Shown: piece by piece, positions 26,479 to 32,000 of the stretch
Layout: each line of letters starts with the position of its first letter
Numbering within the stretch: position 1 is the first letter of the stretch
Source of the DNA: Trichlorobacter lovleyi SZ
GTDB lineage: Bacteria > Desulfobacterota > Desulfuromonadia > Geobacterales > Pseudopelobacteraceae
Assembly: GCF_000020385.1 (NCBI RefSeq)
Contig: NC_010814.1
Span: 1,830,001 to 1,862,000 of the forward strand
Direction of reading: 5' to 3'
DNA length: 32,000 nucleotides
Translations under genes and position numbers: made by a program
Notes under the pieces: generated by a model
Seen by the model: the letters and a program-made list of their open reading frames with translations, nothing else
Databases searched by the model: none
Told to the model about the DNA's origin: nothing

Positions 26479-27728
26479 GGGGCAGGTACCGTTGAGTGCT
26501 TGAAGGGCAGGCAGCAGGTGAAACTGCTGCCCTGTTCCGGGCTACTTTCCAGGGTTAATCTGCCCCCCAGTTTGTCGCAGATGGAACGGACTATGGCCAG
26601 ACCAATGCCGCTGCCTTCGCTGCGGCGGGTCAGGTAGTGCTCCAGCTGGGTAAACGGCTGGAAGATAACTTCCTGACAGGCAATTGGTATCCCTTTTCCA
26701 TTGTCGCTTACCTGTACGCAGACCGAGGCTTCCTGGTGGTCAGTTGTGGCAGGTTCAGCCCAGAGATGGCAGCTGACCCTGCCGCCTCTGCCGGTGAATT
26801 TAAAGGCATTATCCAGCAGACATCCGGCAATGATATGCAGTGCATCCCACGGTCCCTGCAGGGGCAGGGAGGCCTGTTGGCCGCAACTGGTTTTAAACTG
26901 AATCCCCGTGTTGATGGCCATGGTCTGATAGCGGCTTTCAAGCGATTCCAAAGCCATGCAGGGGCTGTTAATGATATTGCCTGTTGAATGCTTTGCAGAA
27001 CGGGCCTCTGCAAGGGTCAGAAGATTGTTGACCAGCGTTGTCATGCGGTGGGCCGATGCCTTGAGCAGTGACAGGTACTCTGCCTGTGATGCTTGCACGC
27101 CCTGATCTTCCAGCAGTTGAACAGCTCCCACAATGCCATTCAGGGGGGTACGGAATTCATGGCTGATCAGACTTAAAAATTCACGTTTTAATTCGGCAAC
27201 TTCACTGGCTTTATGGTGTGCTTCCTGCAGCATTTCCAGCTGTTCGCAGAGTTGCTTGGTCTGTTTTGCCACCTGTTCTTCAAGATGAGTGCGGTATTGC
27301 TGTTCCAGACGCTGGGTCATCAGGAAGGCCAGTACCTTGGAGATGCACCAGTTGAGCTGGTCAAAATCTATCGGTTTAAAGAGCAGGTCAAAGGCGTGCT
27401 GTTTTAATCCTTCAACCACCAGATCAAAATCAGTGTAGCCGGTCATGAGTAGCGCTGGCAGTGCAGGCAGAAACTGGTGAACCGCTTCCAACAGGCGGAT
27501 ACCGTTCATGTCCGGCATACGGATATCAGTAATCAGCAGATCAATTCCAAGACCTTGCTGTTCGATGATTGCCAGGGCTTCATGGCCGCCAGGGGCGCAG
27601 ATCACCTGATACCCCTGTGCCTCCAGAAACGTTTGCAGCATCTTCAGCACCATCGGCTCATCATCAACCAGCAAAATGCTGGCTTTTATGGATGGCAGGA
27701 GGTTGTCAGGGGTTGATGATGCTTCCAT
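26475..27728 (-). CDS. REC - coiled coil - HisKA - HATPase_c histidine kinase (receiver at the N-terminus, no TM, no sensor domain)
   Basis: REC: ILLVDDEPMVLK, DLLITDIRMPDMNG, LLMTGY, LFKP. H-box LISHEFRTPLNGI. ATPase LLDNAFKFT, DNGKGI, GSGIGLAIV. Start set at ATG 27728 (MEASSTPDN) because the ORF-track start at 27785 lies inside the predicted -12 promoter element. Confidence 0.8.
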   Translation of the reverse strand: MEASSTPDNLLPSIKASILLVDDEPMVLKMLQTFLEAQGYQVICAPGGHEALAIIEQQGLGIDLLITDIRMPDMNGIRLLEAVHQFLPALPALLMTGYTDFDLVVEGLKQHAFDLLFKPIDFDQLNWCISKVLAFLMTQRLEQQYRTHLEEQVAKQTKQLCEQLEMLQEAHHKASEVAELKREFLSLISHEFRTPLNGIVGAVQLLEDQGVQASQAEYLSLLKASAHRMTTLVNNLLTLAEARSAKHSTGNIINSPCMALESLESRYQTMAINTGIQFKTSCGQQASLPLQGPWDALHIIAGCLLDNAFKFTGRGGRVSCHLWAEPATTDHQEASVCVQVSDNGKGIPIACQEVIFQPFTQLEHYLTRRSEGSGIGLAIVRSICDKLGGRLTLESSPEQGSSFTCCLPFKHSTVPAP

Positions 27729-27780
27729 GGGTAACTTTCTGGCGCAATCGGGAATGTGTCTGTTTGCTATTGTTTGTAAT

Positions 27781-27796
27781 TGCACTATATGTGCCA
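27781..27796 (-). promoter_or_regulatory. candidate sigma54 (-24/-12) promoter
   Basis: The minus strand reads TGGCAC-ATATA-GTGCA against the consensus TGGCAC-N5-TTGCW. GG and GC are at exact spacing, with one mismatch in the -12 box. It sits ~50 nt upstream of ATG 27728 and immediately downstream of a sigma54 activator gene. Confidence 0.55.
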
Positions 27797-27880
27797 GCGG
27801 AATGGTGTATTTTGCTTTGTATGTAAATTACCGTAAATATTCGGTAGTTTGTTTTTGCAAAGAGATTTTGATTTTATATA

Positions 27881-27934
27881 TGTGTCATCATAGTGTGTCA
27901 TGGCACAGTTGTGACACGTCAATAGTGTATCATG
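27881..27934. promoter_or_regulatory. candidate upstream activator sequence (EBP binding sites)
   Basis: Direct repeats TAGTGTGTCATGG (27891-27903) and TAGTGTATCATGG (27922-27934) are 31 nt apart. There is an extra TGTGTCAT at 27881. Inverted repeat GTGTCA-N11-TGACAC (27895-27917). The centre is ~110 nt upstream of the -24 box, with an AT-rich spacer (27820-27880) between. Confidence 0.4.
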
Positions 27935-29621
27935 GCTCTGTTTGTTGCTCAAGCCAACGGTAAAAAGTACGTCGACTGATGCCCAGCAGCTTTGCTGCTT
28001 CAGTACGATTACCCTGTGTGCGTCGCAACGTCTCCTGCAGATCAACCGTTGCATGGGGCTGTTGGGCATGGCTGGTTTCAGTCCGGTGGCCAATCGTGTT
28101 GAAAAATTCAGTCGGCAGGTCATCTGAGGTGATGATTGAGCTGTGGCTTAAGATGCAGGCATGTTCGATCAGATGCTCCAGCTCGCGGATGTTTCCGGGC
28201 CAGGAATGGTTGCGTAACGCAGACAACACATCTTCGGAAAGGCTGCTGAAGGTGCGGTTGAATTTGTGTGAAAATTTGTGCAGGAAATGCTCAACCAGCA
28301 GGGGGAGGTCTTCCAACCGTTCCCGCAGGGGAGGAACTTCAAGACGTACCACATTAAGACGATAGTAGAGGTCCTGGCGAAACTCACCGCGACGGACTTT
28401 TTCCGGTAGATTGCGGTGGGTGGCGGCAATCACCCGTACATCAATCTTGATCGGTGTTGTGTCACCGACCCGTTCAATCTCCCGCTCCTGCAATACCCGC
28501 AGCAGGCGGATCTGCAGGGAAGGGGAGATGTCGCCGATTTCATCCAGAAAGATGGTGCCACCATGGGCCTTTTGGAAGCGGCCCATCTTGTCTTTGATTG
28601 CGCCGGTAAAGGCACCGCGGACATGGCCGAACAGCTCGCTTTCCAGCAGTCCTTCCGGTAGTGCCGAACAGTTGAGTTTGATAAACGGCTTCTGTTTTCT
28701 TGCACCGCATTCATGGAGTGCCTGGGCCACTAATTCTTTACCGGTGCCGCTTTCTCCGCAGATCAGGACTGTGCTGGTGACATCGGCCAGGGCCTCAATC
28801 CTGGTGTAGAGCTGCTGCATGACCGGTGCATGGCCGATGATGGTGTGAAAGCGGCTGCGTTGCTGCAGCTGTCGCTCCAGATCGTCCAGCCTGGTTTCGT
28901 CACGTATGACTGCTACCGCTCCGGTACGGGCTCCGTCCTCGCTGGTGGTCGGGGTGGCGATGACACTGACAATCCTGGTACGGTTGCCGGTACCCCGGCA
29001 TTCAATCCGTTTCAGTTCGTGACGTTGTCCAGTTCGGACGGTCTCTGCCAGGGCCATGCGGCAACTGCCGAGGCAGCCGGTGCTTAGCTGATCAAGCGGT
29101 TGCCCCAGCTGAGCAGGATTGTAGCCGCATTGCAGGGCTGCATCGTTAAGGTGCTGCAACTGGAGGCGCTGATCCACCATGATGATAGCATCACTGATGC
29201 TGCGGTTGATTGCTTCCAGGTTGGCGCGAAACTGCTCCCGTTCAAGCTGCAGCCGCCGGTTTTCAATGGCATGGCGGGTGATGCTGCTGATCTGCAGGCT
29301 GTCAAACGGTTTACAGAGATAATCAAAGGCGCCGTAACGGACTGCTTCAGTTGCAGTGGCAACATCCGGGTATCCGGTCATCATGATCACACGGCTGGTG
29401 GGGGTGATCGCCGTGGCTGTCTTGAGCAGCGCCAGTCCGCCTTGGTCCCTGTCCAGCTTGATATCGATAAAAATGACATCGTAGGGATACTGCCCGATCA
29501 AGGTGAGCGCGTCATGACAGCTGTGGGCCACATCAGTCTGATGTCCGTCATTGCCAAGAACCGTGCTGATCAGGCGGGTGACCGGAATTTCATCATCTAC
29601 AATCAGTATCCTGCCCGGCAT
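27930..29621 (-). CDS. sigma54-dependent transcriptional activator (REC - PAS - AAA+ - Fis-type HTH; NtrC family)
   Basis: REC: ILIVDDEIPV, DVIFIDIKLD, IMMTGY, LCKPF. Walker A GESGTGKE. Sigma54-contact loop GAFTGA. FLDEIGD. R-finger region. C-terminal HTH AAKLLGISRRTFYRWL. Start at ATG 29621 (MPGRILIVDD). Confidence 0.9.
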   Translation of the reverse strand: MPGRILIVDDEIPVTRLISTVLGNDGHQTDVAHSCHDALTLIGQYPYDVIFIDIKLDRDQGGLALLKTATAITPTSRVIMMTGYPDVATATEAVRYGAFDYLCKPFDSLQISSITRHAIENRRLQLEREQFRANLEAINRSISDAIIMVDQRLQLQHLNDAALQCGYNPAQLGQPLDQLSTGCLGSCRMALAETVRTGQRHELKRIECRGTGNRTRIVSVIATPTTSEDGARTGAVAVIRDETRLDDLERQLQQRSRFHTIIGHAPVMQQLYTRIEALADVTSTVLICGESGTGKELVAQALHECGARKQKPFIKLNCSALPEGLLESELFGHVRGAFTGAIKDKMGRFQKAHGGTIFLDEIGDISPSLQIRLLRVLQEREIERVGDTTPIKIDVRVIAATHRNLPEKVRRGEFRQDLYYRLNVVRLEVPPLRERLEDLPLLVEHFLHKFSHKFNRTFSSLSEDVLSALRNHSWPGNIRELEHLIEHACILSHSSIITSDDLPTEFFNTIGHRTETSHAQQPHATVDLQETLRRTQGNRTEAAKLLGISRRTFYRWLEQQTEP

Positions 29622-29700
29622 GATTCCCCCGTTATTGACCTGCATACAAGTATGGTTTATAGGATAACGTGGTAAAAAGATTTTGCAAGCAGGAGCTGCT

Positions 29701-30171
29701 ATGGCCCGTCCTAGCTGGGACCAGTATTTTATTGATATCACCCTTTTGGTGGCAACCCGTTCAACCTGTCTGCGGCGTCAGGTGGGTGCCCTGCTGGTCA
29801 AAGATCGCAATATTCTGGCCACCGGCTACAACGGTACGCCGTCCGGTATCAGGCATTGTGAGGAAACCGGTTGCCTGCGGGAGCGGCTGAAGGTGCCCTC
29901 AGGCGAACGCCATGAACTGTGCCGTGGCCTGCATGCCGAGCAGAACGCCATTATTCAGGCTGCCCGGCATGGCGTCAATATTGATGGTTCCACCCTCTAC
30001 TGCACCACCATGCCCTGTATCATCTGTACCAAGATGCTGATTAATGCCGGCATCAAGCGGATCGTCTATGCCGAGGGATATGCCGACGAGCTTGCCCGTG
30101 AAATGGTGCAAGACAGCGGGATTGAGGTAGTCCATTTTGAACGCGGCACACCAGAAGGAGGAACCCGATGA
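29701..30171 (+). CDS. deoxycytidylate (dCMP) deaminase, ComEB-like
   Basis: [18 protein letters not shown], zinc motifs HAEQNAI and PCxxC ([10 protein letters not shown]). The ATG at 29701 has AGGAG 6 nt upstream. Confidence 0.85.
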
Positions 30172-30620
30172 AGTGTCCGTTCTGTGGCCATCCAGATAGT
30201 AAAGTCGTCGATTCACGGCCTGATAAAGGCGGAGCGGTTATCCGCCGCCGTCGCGAATGCGAGGAGTGCGCCAGGCGTTTTACCACCTATGAACGGGTGG
30301 AGGAGATGCTGCCTCTGGTCTGCAAGAAGGATGGACGGCGGGAACATTTTGACCGGATGAAGGTGGTCTCCGGCATCAAGAAGGCTTGTGAAAAACGTCC
30401 GGTTTCCGTGGAGGATATCGAGCGCATGGCTGACCGGCTGGAAACCCGCCTGCAGGAGTGCGGTGAGCGGGAAGTGCCGGCATCACGGATCGGCGAGTGG
30501 ATCATGAACGAGCTGCATGCCGTCGACCAGGTCGCCTATGTCCGTTTTGCCTCGGTCTATCGTTCTTTTAAGGATATCAACGAATTCATGGTTGAGCTGC
30601 AGGACCTGCTGAAAAAGTAG
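30168..30620 (+). CDS. nrdR: transcriptional repressor NrdR (zinc ribbon plus ATP-cone)
   Basis: [17 protein letters not shown]...[20 protein letters not shown] is the NrdR signature. ATGA overlap with the upstream gene. Confidence 0.95.
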
Positions 30621-30629
30621 GGGGCCGAA

Positions 30630-31733
30630 ATGTCAACATCAGACATTGCATACATGAAGCGGGCGATTTCCCTTGCACGGAAAGGGTTAGGCAGGACTGC
30701 TCCCAATCCGGCTGTAGGCTGTGTGATTGTGTGCGACGGGGTGATTGTGGGGGAGGGGTGGCATAAAAAGGCCGGTACCCCCCATGCCGAGGTGCATGCC
30801 CTGGCCATGGCCGGTGCTGCAGCCAAAGGGGCTGATGTCTATGTGACGCTTGAGCCCTGCTGCCATCACGGTAAGACTCCACCCTGTTGCGATGCGTTGA
30901 TCGCCGCAGGTGTGCGGCGGGTGGTGGCCGGCATGGTTGATCCCTTTCTGCAGGTGGCCGGCAAAGGATTGCAGACTTTGCGTCAGGCCGGTGTCCGGGT
31001 TGAAGTGGGGTTGCTGGAACAGCAGTGCAAGGAGTTGAACAAGGGGTTTATCAAGTCTGTCACCACCGGTATGCCGTACCTGCTCTACAAGACCGCCATG
31101 ACCATGGACGGTAATATTGCCACTGTCACCGGACATTCCCGCTGGGTCACCGGTGAGGAGTCCCGGCGTCTGGTGCATCGCCTGCGTGCTCACTGTGATG
31201 CCGTCATGGTGGGGGTGGATACGGTGATTGCAGACAACCCGCAATTGACGGTCCGGCATGTCAGGGGGAGAGATCCGCTGCGGGTGATTGTGGATACCCG
31301 CTTGCGTACTCCGGAAAGCGTTAACGTACTGAATGGCACTGATGCCGGTAGAACCGTGATTGCCACCTGTGAGACAAATCCTGATATTCATCAGCGCTAT
31401 TTGTCGCAGGGAGCGGACATACTGGTCTGCCGGGAATATGACGGCCGGGTTGAAATGACTGATCTGCTGCGCAAACTGGCTGTCAGGGGGGTGCAGAGCA
31501 TTCTGGTGGAGGGCGGCAGCCGTCTGGCAGGCGATCTGTTGCAGCGCAATCTGATTGATGAATGTATTTTTTTCTATGCTCCAAAGGTAGTGGGGAACGG
31601 TTTTGCTCCCTTTGCCATACAAGGAATAAGTACCATGGATGAAGCCATTCAACTAGAGGTGCAGCGGGTTGGCATGTCCGGCCCCGACGTGGTGGTGTAT
31701 GCCAGGCCGGTGGGTGTATGTTTACCGGTCTGA
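30630..31733 (+). CDS. ribD: bifunctional diaminohydroxyphosphoribosylaminopyrimidine deaminase / 5-amino-6-(5-phosphoribosylamino)uracil reductase
   Basis: YMKRAISLARKGLGRTAPNPAVGCVIV, HAEVHAL, TLEPCCHHGKTPPC, then the reductase half KTAMTMDGNIAT...SILVEGG. Confidence 0.95.
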   Translation: MSTSDIAYMKRAISLARKGLGRTAPNPAVGCVIVCDGVIVGEGWHKKAGTPHAEVHALAMAGAAAKGADVYVTLEPCCHHGKTPPCCDALIAAGVRRVVAGMVDPFLQVAGKGLQTLRQAGVRVEVGLLEQQCKELNKGFIKSVTTGMPYLLYKTAMTMDGNIATVTGHSRWVTGEESRRLVHRLRAHCDAVMVGVDTVIADNPQLTVRHVRGRDPLRVIVDTRLRTPESVNVLNGTDAGRTVIATCETNPDIHQRYLSQGADILVCREYDGRVEMTDLLRKLAVRGVQSILVEGGSRLAGDLLQRNLIDECIFFYAPKVVGNGFAPFAIQGISTMDEAIQLEVQRVGMSGPDVVVYARPVGVCLPV

Positions 31734-32000
31734 TCGAGTGTACCGGGCGTGTGGTTGCCCTGCGTCGCGGCGGGGAGCGTGCCGTGCTGGAGGTTTCTGC
31801 TCCGTTGCCCGTCAGTGAGGTCTGTATCGGTGACTCAATTGCCGTAAACGGTGCCTGTCTGACGGTCGTGGCTATGCAGGGGGATCGTTTCAGCTTTGAT
31901 GTATCGCCTGAAACGGTGACCCGTACCACCTTTGCTACCCTGCAGCCGGGCAGCCCGGTCAATCTGGAACGGGCCCTGCGGTTGGGCGGCCGTCTGGACG
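31718..32000 (+). CDS. ribE: riboflavin synthase alpha chain, 5' part (runs off the window)
   Basis: The ATG at 31718 opens MFTGLIECTGRVVALRRGG...IGDSIAVNGACLTVV...FSFDVSPETVTRT, the lumazine-binding repeat signature. It overlaps the ribD end by 16 nt. This ORF is absent from the supplied track because it has no stop in the window. Confidence 0.85.
   Translation, partial: MFTGLIECTGRVVALRRGGERAVLEVSAPLPVSEVCIGDSIAVNGACLTVVAMQGDRFSFDVSPETVTRTTFATLQPGSPVNLERALRLGGRLD

Noticed and set aside
27901-27916. TGGCAC on the plus strand (TGGCACAGTTGTGACA), which looks like a -24 box.
   Set aside because: There is no GC at the -12 position (GA instead). It also points into the 3' end of a convergently oriented gene. 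It is better explained as the centre of the GTGTCA-N11-TGACAC dyad of the putative enhancer.
29635-29663. Possible sigma70 promoter TTGACC-N17-TATAGG for the dCMP deaminase-nrdR-ribD operon. A similar TTGATT-N17-ATAAAT lies at 3619..3647 for the hybrid kinase.
   Set aside because: The -10 boxes match only 4/6, and the first lacks the invariant final T. These are too weak to report as features without transcript data.
30621-30629. Looked for an FMN riboswitch (RFN element) upstream of ribD.
   Set aside because: Only 9 nt separate nrdR and ribD, and the 29622..29700 leader is too short and lacks RFN-like conserved helices. No riboswitch is present in this window.
30687-31652. 321-aa minus-strand ORF covering most of ribD.
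   Set aside because: It is antisense to an unambiguous ribD (deaminase and reductase motifs). Its translation is H/G/P/Q-rich with no motif, a typical shadow ORF.
1-32000. Scan for mobile elements, defence systems (restriction-modification, toxin-antitoxin, CRISPR-Cas, Abi-like ATPases/nucleases) and RNA genes.
   Set aside because: I found no integrase, transposase or recombinase motifs and no terminal inverted repeats flanking a block. There is no obvious compositional island, no tRNA/rRNA-like sequence and no nuclease/helicase/methylase signatures. The accessory character of the window is signalling, not defence.

Overview
Gene-dense chromosomal segment with about 30 CDS. I found no rRNA, tRNA, CRISPR array, transposase or integrase. 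The proteins look Geobacter/Desulfuromonadales-like, but that is an impression only. Left part (1-8.9 kb): the tail of a hybrid kinase, an orphan hypothetical, panE-like reductase, an O-methyltransferase, a dCache-PAS hybrid histidine kinase, then convergent pyrG and kdsB separated from the kinase by a perfect 18-bp bidirectional terminator hairpin. Centre (8981-29621): 20 consecutive minus-strand genes with tiny gaps or overlaps. In transcription order they are a sigma54 enhancer-binding protein, a candidate -24/-12 promoter, two REC-histidine kinases, a secreted cytochrome P460-family haem protein, a CheY-like RR, a TM-less protein with two MCP hairpin tips and a CheZ-like D-x3-Q motif, a Cys-rich non-phosphorylatable STAS protein, CheY, CheA (with an inserted tandem MshEN/T2SSE_N-like motif), an N-terminally truncated CheR-like methyltransferase, an MBL-fold hydrolase, a 4HB MCP, CheW, an sCache MCP, CheY, CheR, CheB and an EAL-HDOD protein. 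Right part: dCMP deaminase, nrdR, ribD and ribE (truncated by the window edge). The main candidate for something new is this sigma54-headed chemosensory-like operon, which mixes a Che core with non-Che modules and has possible c-di-GMP links. Other observations are 3 x 273-bp in-frame repeats (poly-HAMP-like) in both MCPs, a 1.65-kb collinear duplication between the two MCP genes whose protein identity persists despite synonymous recoding, a C-terminal EFEKF tether motif on one MCP only, and two related intercistronic palindromes. All domain calls come from reading motifs by eye; no searches were run.
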